Numbered from the stretch's first letter, positions 8,849 through 19,451 are shown. The stretch: 64,000 nucleotides of DNA from an uncultured Gammaproteobacteria bacterium (GCA_963797555.1 CAWCPV010000008.1:1-64000); one strand, 5' to 3'. A program made the numbers and translations. Notes: generated by a model from the sequence alone, not told the origin.

Positions 8849-11151
8849 CAGAACTCCTGACATGCGCTACCTAACCGATTGAGAAGGCGCTATAATCGAT
8901 GCTGGTATCGAAATATAAATACGAGACCAGAGGAATGCTATGCCAGGCACCATTGAGCTTCCCTTGCTGCCCGAACAGGCTGTGACATTGGGTCCGCGGT
9001 TGACGGTCATCGAAACGCCCAAGGAACTCGTGTTCATGAATGCCTCCGGTCCGTTGATGAGCTGCGCGCGTACGGATACGACGGCTAAGCGTTACCTCGG
9101 GGCGGTGTTCATGACGCAGGGTTTAGCGAAGGGTGAGGACTTGGCGGCGGTGTTGGGTGTTCACCGCTCGACGGTATTTCGCAACCAGAAGCTGTATCGC
9201 GAAGGGGGTCTTGATGCCATACGCGATGGCCGAGGCCATGGTGCGCCGCGTCGTGGGCATAAGCTCACCGATGAGGTTTTGCCGATCGCTCAGGCGTGCT
9301 TGGACCAAGGGTGCTCGCAGTCGCAGGCCGCGCGTGCGCTCGGTGTGAGTGAGACGGCGGTGCGCCATGCGATCAAGACCGGACGGCTGCGCCGCCAGCG
9401 GCCTCGACAACACCGCGCCGCGCTCTTGCCAGGCGAGCGGGCTGAGCGTGACGCCGCGCAGGCCCGCGGGGCGGGTACCGCGGTCAAACGCTTGGAGGAA
9501 CGCGTCCTCGCCTGCCAAGGGATGCTCGGCGAAGCAGCCCCCCACTTTGAGCCTGCGGAGGGCGTGGCGAACGCCGGCGTCTTGCTTGCCTTACCGGCCA
9601 TGATTGGTGAAGGTCTGCTGTGCCACGCCGAGCGTGTTTACGCGCCGCTCAAAGCCGGGTTCTATGGTCTGCATTCGATCCTGTGGTGCCTGGTCATGAT
9701 GGCGTTGTTGCGCATCAAGAGCATTGAGCGCCTGAGTGCCCATCAACCCGGTGAGCTGGGCATCTTGCTGGGACTGGATCGCGTGCCGGAAGTCAAAACG
9801 CTGCGGCGTAAGCTCGCGCAACTGGGAGTTCGCCAACAGGCGGCGCAACTCGCCGCGGCGTTGACCGCCCAGTGGGCGCAGGGGGAGCCCGATGAGCTGG
9901 GCATACTGTACGTCGACGGTCACGTCCATGCCTACACGGGGCGCAAGCATCCGCTGCCTAAGACGTTGGTGCAGAAACGCCGCCAGTGTCTGCCCGCCTC
10001 GACGGATGTTTGGGTGCATAACGGAGCGGCCGAGCCGGTGTTCTTCGTCACCAGCCCCCTCAATGGACACCTCTTGGCGCTGATCGAGCAGGAGGTCATT
10101 CCCCAGGCGCGCCAGCAGATCGGCCCCGACCGGACGCTGACCTTGGTGTTTGACCGTGAGGCTTGGAGCCCCCAGTCCTTCCAGCAGTGGCACAGCCAAG
10201 GGGCCGAAGTCATCACGTATCGCAAGGGTAAACAAACGCCCTGGGACCCGGAGGACTTCCGCCCCTTAAGCGTCGAGCACCACGGTAAGTCTGTGACCTA
10301 TAGTCTGGCCGAGTGCAGCGTGCAGGTCATCGCTGCCAATCGCAAACAACCCGCCTTGTGGATGCGCGAGATCCGCCGCTTATGCAAAAACGGACATCAG
10401 AGCGCGATCCTGACGACCCGGCAGGACTTACCTGCCGCAGAGATCGCCCATCGCATGTTCGGCCGTTGGCGCCAAGAGAACTTCTTCAAATACCTGCAGG
10501 ACGAATTCAACATCGACCACTTGAGCACCTATGCCACCGAACCAGCCGATCCTGAGCGGATGGTTCCCGATCCTGAGCGCCGAGCGCTGATAAAATCGCT
10601 CCAGGCAACCAAGGCGCAGCTCGGCAGAGCCTACGCCCAGCGTGGCAAGCACCAACGTAACAGGGCATCGACGGCGAAGCAAGAGAAGGCGACAGAGGCC
10701 ATCGAACGATTGGAAAGGCAATGCGAGCAACTCAGCGAACGCATCAACGCGATGGAAAAGCGCGTGCCATTGAAGAGCATTTATGAGGCGGACAAGATCG
10801 TACATCACGAACGCGAACGAAAAACCATTACCCAGCTCATCAAGGTCGTCGCTTATCGCAGTGAGAGTTGTCTCGCGAGCATTGTCGAACCCTTTTTCGT
10901 GCGCCACGACGACGAAGTTCGCGCCTTCCTCAAAGCCGTGTTCTGCTTACCCGGCGATATTATCCCGGATTACCAGCGCCATGAATTGCGGGTGCGTCTC
11001 TACGGCTTGGCCAATAATCGATCTCAACAAGCTCTCATCGCTCTTTGCGAATATCTGAATACCCAGCCGATGAAATACCCTGGCACCCACCTGCGCCTGG
11101 TCTACGACACCGTCCAGTCGCATTGAATTTAGCGCCAAGTCAGGAGTTCTG
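8849..11151 (+). mobile_element. Complete 2303-bp insertion sequence
   Basis: IRs CAGAACTCCTGAC (8849-8861) and GTCAGGAGTTCTG (11139-11151). Direct repeat CATTG at 8844-8848 and 11152-11156. Confidence 0.9.
8940..11126 (+). CDS. DDE transposase (IS4-superfamily YREK-type), 728 aa, with N-terminal HTHs and a coiled-coil insert
   Basis: HTHs LAAVLGVHRSTVFR and SQSQAARALGVSETAVRH; catalytic candidates YVDGH, VFDRE, RWRQENFFK; ORF fills the IR-bounded element. Confidence 0.85.
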   Translation: MPGTIELPLLPEQAVTLGPRLTVIETPKELVFMNASGPLMSCARTDTTAKRYLGAVFMTQGLAKGEDLAAVLGVHRSTVFRNQKLYREGGLDAIRDGRGHGAPRRGHKLTDEVLPIAQACLDQGCSQSQAARALGVSETAVRHAIKTGRLRRQRPRQHRAALLPGERAERDAAQARGAGTAVKRLEERVLACQGMLGEAAPHFEPAEGVANAGVLLALPAMIGEGLLCHAERVYAPLKAGFYGLHSILWCLVMMALLRIKSIERLSAHQPGELGILLGLDRVPEVKTLRRKLAQLGVRQQAAQLAAALTAQWAQGEPDELGILYVDGHVHAYTGRKHPLPKTLVQKRRQCLPASTDVWVHNGAAEPVFFVTSPLNGHLLALIEQEVIPQARQQIGPDRTLTLVFDREAWSPQSFQQWHSQGAEVITYRKGKQTPWDPEDFRPLSVEHHGKSVTYSLAECSVQVIAANRKQPALWMREIRRLCKNGHQSAILTTRQDLPAAEIAHRMFGRWRQENFFKYLQDEFNIDHLSTYATEPADPERMVPDPERRALIKSLQATKAQLGRAYAQRGKHQRNRASTAKQEKATEAIERLERQCEQLSERINAMEKRVPLKSIYEADKIVHHERERKTITQLIKVVAYRSESCLASIVEPFFVRHDDEVRAFLKAVFCLPGDIIPDYQRHELRVRLYGLANNRSQQALIALCEYLNTQPMKYPGTHLRLVYDTVQSH

Positions 11152-11198
11152 CATTGACAGAGCCTCGCTGGCGCTTCCGGGTGCGCTGTGTGAGGCGG

Positions 11199-11469
11199 GG
11201 CGCCAATATATACGTCCCATGACCAATGACGTGTTGATTTGCATAGAGCATCTCTACCGCTACTATGGTGACCTGTGCGCCGTGCGGGGCGTGAGCTTCC
11301 AGGTTCGGCGCGGCGAGGTGGTGGGCTTCCTGGGGCCCAACGCAGCGGGCAAGACCACCACCATGCAAGTCATCAGCGGCAACCTGCACCAAGCGCCGGA
11401 CGTGTCAGCGTGAACGGTTTCGACATTCTGGACGAGCCGCAGAAGGCCAAGGCGGGTCTGGGCTGCCTC
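11199..11469 (+). repeat. Direct repeat copy 1: truncated, frameshifted 5' end of the GldA-like ABC ATPase gene (copy 2 at 19431-19703)
   Basis: Near-identical DNA encoding [23 protein letters not shown]...GPNAAGKTTTMQ...DEPQKAKAGLG. Confidence 0.95.
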
Positions 11470-11571
11470 ATCGTCGGGCTCCTCGTCAAGGCCCGCCTGG
11501 GCCAGAACCTGTTCGGCGACAATACCCACTTGACATACGCTACCGATGCACCGCATCGGGCTCCAAGTTGA
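11470..11571 (+). pseudogene. Fragment resembling the Wzt C-terminal (carbohydrate-binding) domain
   Basis: IVGLLVKARLGQNLFGDNTHLTY resembles the I(V/I)GF.(V/I)KDRLGQ.LFGDNT segment of Wzt_C. Confidence 0.55.
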
Positions 11572-11609
11572 CGAAGCGAGTTCTTGCGTCGGGGTGAAGG
11601 AGCCTCAGC

Positions 11610-14600
11610 ATGCCTCCTAGGGAGAGGGTCGGACATACGTACCGGCGGCTCGTGGACTTGGATGGGCAAGACTCCCTGGCGGCGATCGCCCGGCGCATCA
11701 CCCCCGGCAGCTGTGTGCTCGAGTTGGGAGTGGCGACCGGCTATTTTTCCCGCCTGCTCAAAGAGCGCCTCGGCTGCGTCGTAGACGGGGTGGATCTAGC
11801 CGCGGACATGGCGGAGGAAGCACGCCCTTGGTGCCGCCGCCTCTTGGTGGCCGATCTGGAGCGGGAGGCGCTGGCCGACCATTTCCCCAGGCACTGTTAC
11901 GACTTTATCGTCTGTGCCGACGTTTTGGAGCATCTTCGCGACGCGGGCGCGATTTTGACCCAGCTTCCTGAGCTCCTTGCAGAGGGAGGCAAGGTCCTCG
12001 CCTCGGTCCCGAACGTCGCTTACGCTGGATTGCTGGCCGAACTGGTCGCGGGAGAGTTCCGCTACCGGGACGAGGGGTTGCTCGACCGGAGTCACCTGCG
12101 CTTCTTCACCCGGGCCAGCTTCGAGCGGCTTCTGCAGGACCACGGGTTTTCAGTCGAGGCTGTCGAGCCGGTGCGCTTGCCGTTTGAACGCAGCGAGTTC
12201 CGGCATTTGCTCCGCGAGGGCGGCATGCTCCCGCCGGAGTTCGTCGTCGGTCCCGACGCCGACGCCTACCAATATGTCTTCTCCGCCGTCCCGGCCGGAA
12301 AATGGCTGACGCTGCGCTCTGATGTCCTGGTGGACGTCATCGTGCCCGTTTACCGGGGATTGCAGGAAACCAGCCGCTGTCTCGAGAGCGTGCTTCGGTA
12401 TCCCCAGGACGTGCCGTTCCAGGTCGTTGTGATCAACGATGCCACGCCAGAGCCTCTTCTGTCCGAGTATCTTCGGGGCCTCGAAACGCAAGGGAAAATC
12501 CTGCTCCGCGTCAACTCCGCGAACCGGGGGTTCGTGCAAAGCGTGAATCTGGCGATGGCCTTGCACCCCGAGCGGGACGCAGTGCTCCTTAATAGCGACT
12601 CGGAGGTGCACGGCAAGTGGCTGGACCGGCTGCGCCGGGCGGCCTACAGCGCGCCCAACGTTGGGACCGTCGGGCCGTTCTCCAACAATGCGACCATCTG
12701 CAGCTATCCTCGGTTCTGCCACGACAATCGCCTACCGGGAGACTGTGGCCTGGCAGCCCTCGATGATCTGTTCGCGCGCGTGAATCGAGGGCAACAACTG
12801 CCGATCCCGACCACCGTCGGGTTCTGCATGTACATTCGGCGCGACTGCCTGGAGCGCGTCGGTTACTTCGACGCCGTGCAGTTCCCCCGCGGCTACGGCG
12901 AAGAGAACGATTTCTGCATGCGCGCGCGCGAGCTTGGCTTCGTTCATTTGCTCTGCGCCGATACCTTCGTCTACCACCAAGGATCGGTCTCCTTCGGCGC
13001 CAAGAAGGCGGTCCTGTACTCGCAGGCGCAAGCGGAGATCGCGAGACTGCACCCGGAGTATCCGGCACTCGTGCAAGCCCATGTGGAGGCCGATTCGGCC
13101 CGGAGCTTTCGCCGCCGCGTCGATCTTGCACGGCTTGCCGTTTCTCGACGGCCTCGGCTCCTTTTCGTCACCCACAATATCGGAGGCGGCACCGAACGGC
13201 ACATCCAAGACCTTTCCCAGTTGCTGGAGGAGCGTTTCGAGGTGCTCCTGCTGCGCCCGCGCTCGCGGGACTCCGTGGTTCTCGGCTGGGCGCGCGGCGG
13301 CGAGGAATTCGAGGCGTATTTTCGCATCCCGCTCGCATTCGACCGCCTGATCGACCTTCTACGGCAGATTGGACTGGTCCGTATCCATATCCATCACTTG
13401 ATCGGCCATCATCTCTTGGTCACGCAGCTGCCGAAGAGGCTCGGAGTGCCGTACGATTACACCCTGCACGACTACTTTGCGGTCTGTCCGCAGTTCAACC
13501 TCACGCTGGCGGACGGGCGGTATTGCGGGGAACCCGACACTCCTGGCTGCAATCGGTGCCTCGAGGAGCGACCCTCGCAGTGGCAACTCGACATCCAGGG
13601 ATGGCGGACGCTGTTCTCAGACCTTCTCGAGAGCGCCGACCGGGTGATCGGGCCGTCCCGCGACGTAATCTCCCGAACTCGGGGCTACGTCCCGCGCGCA
13701 AACTACGTGTATTTGCCACACCCCGCCCTGAACGAAAAGGTGCCGCGGACCAGGGAGGTCAAGGTGCTGGTGCTCGGCGCCCTGTCGCTGGCCAAGGGGG
13801 CAAAATTACTGGAATCTTGCGCGCGCGATGCCAGGGCGCGGAGGCTGCCGCTTTACTTCCGGGGCATCGGCAGCCCCTCGGTGCCCCTCGCCCACGAGCT
13901 GGACGTGCCGTTGTCGTTCACAGGTCCTTATCGAGACGACGACCTCCCCGCGCTCATCGCCCGCGAGCGTGGCGACGTAGTCCTGTTTCCCGCTCAGTGG
14001 CCCGAGACTTACTCGTATACGTTGAGCGCGGCCCTGGACAGCGGTCTCCCGGTCGTGGCCCCGCGGCTGGGAGCGTTCGCCGAGCGACTCGCGGCCCACG
14101 GTCGAAGCCAGCTCTTCGACTGGGAAGCCACACCCGACACCGTCAATAACGCACTGCTCGCGGCCGCGTCCGGAACTGAACTGTCCGGAACTGAACTGTC
14201 CGGCCCCGAGGTTGTCCGTCAGATGGTACCTCTAGGGGTGCAACCGGAACGCTACCTCCAAGAGTATCTCTCGCGCCTCCCGGCGGAGCCTGGAGCACGG
14301 GCGGCTCCCAGTCTGGATGACTTGGCGGCCCTTCTGCCTCCGGACAGTATCCACGCCGACAGCGCGTCGTTTTGCCCGCAGAGTCTGTCGAGGGCCGAAC
14401 TGCTGGACCTTTTGACACGCCTGGCGCCTGTCAGGGCACCCGGCAATGGAACGACTGCCGCGCTCGAAGCTTGGCGCCGAGATCTCGACGAGAAGTTGAC
14501 GTCGCTCGGCCACCTGCAGGCAGAGGTCGCTACGTTGACGGCCACCTTGGGCGAGGCGCAGGAGGGGTCGCAGCAGTTGCGAGAGGAGGTGGACCGGCTC

Positions 14601-16094
14601 CAGCAACAGCTCGGCGAACGGGAGGCCACCATTGCCGAGATGAAACGCTCGCGCCTCTGGCGGGTGATGCAGCCGGCGCGAGTGCTGGGCACTGTGCTCA
14701 AGACGAGGAGCCTGAGGGGCGTCCTGTCGGCCCCCGCACTTATGCGGGGTGGCCTAGGTGCGCGTATTCCGCAGGGCTTGAAGGTCGTCGCGGCCGAGGG
14801 GGTTACCGGTCTTCGGCGGCGTGTCGCGAGAAGCGTTCTTTTCCCTGCACAGGTGCGCAGGGCGGTCTACCCGTACGTGCCCGTGGACGAGGGAGAGGTG
14901 AGCCTGGAAGCGGTCGACGGGCGGCTCGATGTGGCGGTGAGCGTCATTATTCCCACCAGAAACGCCGGCCGTTCGTTCTCGGAAAGCTTGAGCAAGATAA
15001 AGGCGCAGTGCGGCGTGGGCTCGGTGGAAATATTGGTCATGGACTCCGGGTCGACCGACGGCACGCCGACCCTCGCGAGAGCGACGGGTGCTCGCGTGAC
15101 GGCTCTGGCGCCCGAAGATTTCCATCACGCCCGCACGCGAAACGAGGCTGCGCGGCAGGCGGCCGGGGAGATACTGGTGTTCACGGTCCAGGACGCTGTG
15201 CCCCCGGGGCGGGACTGGCTGCACCGGCTCGTGTCCCCACTGGTGTCGGGCAAGGCGGACGCGGTCTCGGCGCGGCAAATCCCGCGCGCCGACGCTGACC
15301 TGTTTGCGCAATGGGCGGCCTGGGGGTACTTCCGCTATCTGGGATTTCACTCCGACGCACTGCGTTGCGGAAAGGACTACCCGATGCTGCAGGCGCTCGC
15401 ACCCGACGAGTTGCGGCGAGCCGCCCACCTGGACAACGTGTGCATGGCCATCGGGAGGGGATTATTCGAGAAGTTCGAGTTCAGCGGCGCTTACGGGGAG
15501 GACCTTGACCTGGGCAGCCGGCTGCTGGCAGCAGGTCACCGGCTGCTGTTCCAGGTGGACAACGCCGTCATCCATTCGCACTCCCGCCCTGCGGCCTATT
15601 TTTTCCGGCGGGAGTATGTCAACACGCTCAGCCTCGCACACTTGCTCGGCAGATCTCTCGGAGAGCGTGGCCCCCAGGAGATTTTGCCTTCGCTGCGCAG
15701 GGCATACGACCTGTTCTGCGGTCAACTGCCTGCATGGACTCAGCGGACCCACCCCTCGACAGACCTCGCGGCGGCGCTGGCTCTCTTGATGGAAGCCCTG
15801 AAGGCCGCATGGGCTGGAGGCAAAGGCGAAGTGGTGCCCGAGGAGCGGGATCCGGCTTTGTACGCCTTGCTCGGCTCGCACTCCGCGCCGTTTCCAGAGC
15901 CGCATGTCTTGGACAGCCTTGGGGAACGTCTCGGCGGCGACCTGCACAGCTTCGGGCAGTTCATGGTCCAGCGCTCCGATTGGGGTTCGCCCGAAGTCGC
16001 GTTGGTCCTCCACAAGTTTTACGCAGCGGCCGCAGGGGCGATCGTGGCGTCGTCGGGCGCGGTGCTGCCGCCCAGACTGCTGGCGGGGGTCTAG
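11610..16094 (+). CDS. 1494-aa multidomain glycan synthase: SAM methyltransferase + GT2 + GT4-like + coiled coil + GT2
   Basis: VLELGVATG/ADVLEHL/GLLDRSHLRFFT; VDVIVPVY, LLNSDSEV, GYGEENDFC; GGGTERH, TLHDY, WPETYSYTLS; heptad-rich segment near aa 950-1010; VSVIIPTRNAG, DSGSTDGT, FTVQDA. Confidence 0.88.
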   Translation: MPPRERVGHTYRRLVDLDGQDSLAAIARRITPGSCVLELGVATGYFSRLLKERLGCVVDGVDLAADMAEEARPWCRRLLVADLEREALADHFPRHCYDFIVCADVLEHLRDAGAILTQLPELLAEGGKVLASVPNVAYAGLLAELVAGEFRYRDEGLLDRSHLRFFTRASFERLLQDHGFSVEAVEPVRLPFERSEFRHLLREGGMLPPEFVVGPDADAYQYVFSAVPAGKWLTLRSDVLVDVIVPVYRGLQETSRCLESVLRYPQDVPFQVVVINDATPEPLLSEYLRGLETQGKILLRVNSANRGFVQSVNLAMALHPERDAVLLNSDSEVHGKWLDRLRRAAYSAPNVGTVGPFSNNATICSYPRFCHDNRLPGDCGLAALDDLFARVNRGQQLPIPTTVGFCMYIRRDCLERVGYFDAVQFPRGYGEENDFCMRARELGFVHLLCADTFVYHQGSVSFGAKKAVLYSQAQAEIARLHPEYPALVQAHVEADSARSFRRRVDLARLAVSRRPRLLFVTHNIGGGTERHIQDLSQLLEERFEVLLLRPRSRDSVVLGWARGGEEFEAYFRIPLAFDRLIDLLRQIGLVRIHIHHLIGHHLLVTQLPKRLGVPYDYTLHDYFAVCPQFNLTLADGRYCGEPDTPGCNRCLEERPSQWQLDIQGWRTLFSDLLESADRVIGPSRDVISRTRGYVPRANYVYLPHPALNEKVPRTREVKVLVLGALSLAKGAKLLESCARDARARRLPLYFRGIGSPSVPLAHELDVPLSFTGPYRDDDLPALIARERGDVVLFPAQWPETYSYTLSAALDSGLPVVAPRLGAFAERLAAHGRSQLFDWEATPDTVNNALLAAASGTELSGTELSGPEVVRQMVPLGVQPERYLQEYLSRLPAEPGARAAPSLDDLAALLPPDSIHADSASFCPQSLSRAELLDLLTRLAPVRAPGNGTTAALEAWRRDLDEKLTSLGHLQAEVATLTATLGEAQEGSQQLREEVDRLQQQLGEREATIAEMKRSRLWRVMQPARVLGTVLKTRSLRGVLSAPALMRGGLGARIPQGLKVVAAEGVTGLRRRVARSVLFPAQVRRAVYPYVPVDEGEVSLEAVDGRLDVAVSVIIPTRNAGRSFSESLSKIKAQCGVGSVEILVMDSGSTDGTPTLARATGARVTALAPEDFHHARTRNEAARQAAGEILVFTVQDAVPPGRDWLHRLVSPLVSGKADAVSARQIPRADADLFAQWAAWGYFRYLGFHSDALRCGKDYPMLQALAPDELRRAAHLDNVCMAIGRGLFEKFEFSGAYGEDLDLGSRLLAAGHRLLFQVDNAVIHSHSRPAAYFFRREYVNTLSLAHLLGRSLGERGPQEILPSLRRAYDLFCGQLPAWTQRTHPSTDLAAALALLMEALKAAWAGGKGEVVPEERDPALYALLGSHSAPFPEPHVLDSLGERLGGDLHSFGQFMVQRSDWGSPEVALVLHKFYAAAAGAIVASSGAVLPPRLLAGV

Positions 16095-17363
16095 GTGAAC
16101 ATTCTGCTCGGTGTTCATCAGTTCTTCCCGGAAAACTACGCGGGCACGGAACGTTACGTGTTGAATCTGGCGCGCCAGTTTCAGGCATGGGGCCATGCAG
16201 TTCACGTGCTCACTTACGACTTCAAGCAGGAGGCCACGCAGCCCGGCCCGGCCGGCCGACTGCACGTGAAGGAGTACCGGTATCAGGGCATTCCGGTGAC
16301 CGCGTTCTCGCACCCGAGCTTCCCGGACTTCGGATTCGACCTCCACAACGAGGACTTCTATCGGGAGACGCGCGCGTTTCTGAGAGCGCACCCGTTCGAC
16401 ATCTATCACTGCGCTCACCCGCTGCGCATTGGGGGGTCCCTGCGCGCCGCGTACGAGATGAAAATACCCACCGTACTCACCCTGACGGACTACTGGCTGA
16501 TGTGTCCCGTCGGTATCCTGCTGCGCAGCGACAACACCCAGTGCGACGGCCCGGACGGGGGCAGAAAGTGCCGCCGCTACTGCTTCAGCGCCAAGACCCA
16601 GGCGGACATGGACCAGCGTCTGGAGCAGGCCCAGGAGTTCGTGCGTCACGCCGACTGCTTGCTCTCGCCCTCGCTTTTCCTGATCGGGGTCTTCGAATAC
16701 AACGACTTCGTGCCCCGAGGGGCGATAAGGCTGTCCCGACACGGTTTCGACTACTCCGACGTACCTACCGAGCCCCCCCGCGAGACCGACCCGGAGAGAA
16801 TTACTGTCGGTTACATCGGAACGGTGCAGTACCACAAGGGGGTGCACGTGCTGGTGCGGGCCTTCCGCAAGGTGCGTTCGTCCCGGCTACGCCTCCAGGT
16901 CTGGGGGGGCTGTTTCCACGAAACGGAGTACGATGCTCACGTGAAGCGGCTGGCGGCCGATGACCACCGGATCGAGTTCCGGGGACCCTACGAGCATGCC
17001 GACCTCGCCCGCGTTACCCGCGGGATCGACATTGTCGTGGTGCCTTCGCTCTGGTACGAAAACGCCCCGCTCACCGTGACCTCGGCCCATGCCTTTCGTA
17101 TCCCGGTCATCGCCGCCGACATGGGCGGTATGGCAGAGATGGTGCGTCCGGGTTACGACGGACTCACTTTCCGGCCCGGTGACGTGGACTCGCTGGCAGA
17201 GCGGCTGGAGACCATTGCCAGGCAGCCGGAACTCATCGGCCAGTTCGGGCGGAACGTGGTGCCACCTCCGAGAATCGAAGAAGAGGCATTCCGCACCGAG
17301 CGCCTCTACCGGGCCGTGTTGGCCAGGCGCACAGAGCCGCAGGTCGAGGCGGCTCGGGTCTGA
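16095..17363 (+). CDS. GT4 glycosyltransferase
   Basis: HQFFPENYAGTERY, TLTDYW, GYIGTVQYHKG, PSLWYENAP. Confidence 0.9.
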   Translation: MNILLGVHQFFPENYAGTERYVLNLARQFQAWGHAVHVLTYDFKQEATQPGPAGRLHVKEYRYQGIPVTAFSHPSFPDFGFDLHNEDFYRETRAFLRAHPFDIYHCAHPLRIGGSLRAAYEMKIPTVLTLTDYWLMCPVGILLRSDNTQCDGPDGGRKCRRYCFSAKTQADMDQRLEQAQEFVRHADCLLSPSLFLIGVFEYNDFVPRGAIRLSRHGFDYSDVPTEPPRETDPERITVGYIGTVQYHKGVHVLVRAFRKVRSSRLRLQVWGGCFHETEYDAHVKRLAADDHRIEFRGPYEHADLARVTRGIDIVVVPSLWYENAPLTVTSAHAFRIPVIAADMGGMAEMVRPGYDGLTFRPGDVDSLAERLETIARQPELIGQFGRNVVPPPRIEEEAFRTERLYRAVLARRTEPQVEAARV

Positions 17364-18283
17364 TGACGGTATGGCGTCGGCGGGTGCGCCTCAGGCGGCC
17401 GGAGTCGGCTTCCGAGGCCATCCCGGACGGGGAGCAACCCCACTCGCACGAGGCGCAGCGAGAGATTGCCAGCGCTTTCGGGTACCCTTTCGAGCTGTCG
17501 CGCATCGTCCAGTTCCCTGACGTGGAGCCCGTTTTCGTACTGGGACTCACCCGCTCGGGTACCAGCGCCATGGCCAACGCCCTCCGGCAAGGGGCGGGGC
17601 TCTTCGGGTGGTCCGAGGGTCACCTGTTTCCCGCACTGGACGATCTGCTGGTTGGTTTGAAAAAGACCTGGGACGACGCAGTTCGGTATACCTACGCGCC
17701 GGGATTTCCCAGAGACCAGTATGCGGTCGGGCAGTTCGATGTCCACGTGGCGCTGAACGCCGTCGTGCGGACCTTTGACGCGATGTACCGCGTCCGGGCA
17801 CTCAGGTGGGTGGACAAGACCGCGCTGGCCGAGGCCGTCCTCGCAGCGCCTCTGTGGAGCCACATCTACCCGAACGCTCGGTTCATCTACATGCACCGAC
17901 ATCCCATCAAGGTGGCGCTGTCTCGGAAGCTCAAGTTCCCCACCGACTCCTTGGTCTACTCGTTCGATCTTTGGGCGGCTTGCATGCAGGCCTGGGCGCG
18001 AGTGCGAGCCTATCTGCCAGACGATTCGTACTTGGAGCTGGAGCAGGCGCACCTCAGCCAGCGCACCGCGGAGGTCGTGGCGAGCGTCGGGGCCTTCCTA
18101 GGGCTCGACCAAAGCGAGCAGCACGCCGTGCAGGACTATCTGGCCGAGAATCGCCCCGAATACACCGGCAGCGCTCCGGACGACGGCGAGGTGTTGCTGG
18201 AGGATACCGGCTGGAACCGCGCCGAGCGGCGTGCCTGCCGGTCCATCTGCGCGGAGACGGCCAGCGCTTGGGGTACCGGCTAA
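17363..18283 (+). CDS. PAPS-dependent sulfotransferase family protein
   Basis: 5'-PSB loop PVFVLGLTRSGTS, WVDKT, 3'-PB motif ARFIYMHRHP. Confidence 0.8.
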   Translation: MTVWRRRVRLRRPESASEAIPDGEQPHSHEAQREIASAFGYPFELSRIVQFPDVEPVFVLGLTRSGTSAMANALRQGAGLFGWSEGHLFPALDDLLVGLKKTWDDAVRYTYAPGFPRDQYAVGQFDVHVALNAVVRTFDAMYRVRALRWVDKTALAEAVLAAPLWSHIYPNARFIYMHRHPIKVALSRKLKFPTDSLVYSFDLWAACMQAWARVRAYLPDDSYLELEQAHLSQRTAEVVASVGAFLGLDQSEQHAVQDYLAENRPEYTGSAPDDGEVLLEDTGWNRAERRACRSICAETASAWGTG

Positions 18284-18289
18284 GCCGAG

Positions 18290-19261
18290 ATGCTTGAAGG
18301 CTCCGCGCCCGGCGGCGTCGTCATCGTGGCGTGGAACGCCGATTCCTGTCTCGGCGAGTGTTTAGCGGCACTAGCTCGCCAAACCGTTAGGCCGTGCCGA
18401 GTGGTCGTCATCGACAATGCCAGCACGGACGGCTCGGTCGATGCCGCGAGGGTTCGGCACCCGTGGGCCGAGATCGTCAGGCTACCGCGAAACGTGGGCT
18501 TTGCCGCAGGCAACAACGCGGGCATCCGCGCGCTCCACGACTGCCCGTGGGTAGCGCTTCTGAATCCAGATGCCTTCCCTGAGCCCACGTGGATCGAGGC
18601 GCTGCTGCGCGCCGCACGCACGCACCCTGAATGCGCCGCCTTCGGCAGCCACATGTTGAAAGCGAAGGACCCGCGGCTCATGGATGGGACGGGCGACGTT
18701 TACCACGTGAGCGGTCGGGCGTGGCGGCGCGATGAGGGTATGAGCGCAGACCAAGTGGAGCCCCATGGCCTATCGGAAATTTTTGCACCGTGCGCAGCCG
18801 CGGCGTTTTACCGTCGGGAGATCCTCCTCGCTGCGGGCGGCTTCGACGAGGAGTACTTCTGCTACCTGGAGGATGTGGACCTCGGCTTTCGGCTCCGGCT
18901 TGGGGGCTACCGTTCCCTATACGTTCCGGATGCCACCGTGCTGCACGTCGGATCCGCCGTGACGGGCCGGTACAGCGACTTTTCTGTCTACCATGGGCAC
19001 CGAAACCTGGTGTGGACCTTCCTGAAGAATATGCCGCTGCCGCTCCTGTGGCTGTATCTGCCCCAGCACCTCGTGCTGAATCTGGCGACGGTTGTGTGGT
19101 TTGGGCTCCATGGCCGGGCCAGAGTCATCCTCGAGGCTAAGCGGGATGCGCTGCGGTGTCTTCGTCGAGTCTGGGGGCAGCGCAAAGAGGTTCAGGCACG
19201 GCGCAGGGCCTCGCTCGTGGAGATCCGTGAGGCCATGAGTCACGGCTGGCTGACGCCGTAG
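18290..19261 (+). CDS. GT2 glycosyltransferase (WbbL/rhamnosyltransferase-like)
   Basis: VIDNASTDGS, NVGFAAGNN, LLNPDA, GGFDEEYFCYLEDVDLGFR. Confidence 0.88.
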   Translation: MLEGSAPGGVVIVAWNADSCLGECLAALARQTVRPCRVVVIDNASTDGSVDAARVRHPWAEIVRLPRNVGFAAGNNAGIRALHDCPWVALLNPDAFPEPTWIEALLRAARTHPECAAFGSHMLKAKDPRLMDGTGDVYHVSGRAWRRDEGMSADQVEPHGLSEIFAPCAAAAFYRREILLAAGGFDEEYFCYLEDVDLGFRLRLGGYRSLYVPDATVLHVGSAVTGRYSDFSVYHGHRNLVWTFLKNMPLPLLWLYLPQHLVLNLATVVWFGLHGRARVILEAKRDALRCLRRVWGQRKEVQARRRASLVEIREAMSHGWLTP

Positions 19262-19451
19262 AGACGCTGGCCGAGCCGCTGGGACGAGCGTCCATCGAGG
19301 TCGGTGGGCGATCCGGGCCACTCCTGCACGCGCTCGTGAGGCAGCGTGGCGCTTTGCGCGAGAGGTGGTGGGCCCAGCAGGGCCAGAGGGCTCGCCGTCA
19401 CTTCCCGGAATGCTTGGCAAAGCGGGGGCCGGCGCCAATAATATACGTCCC

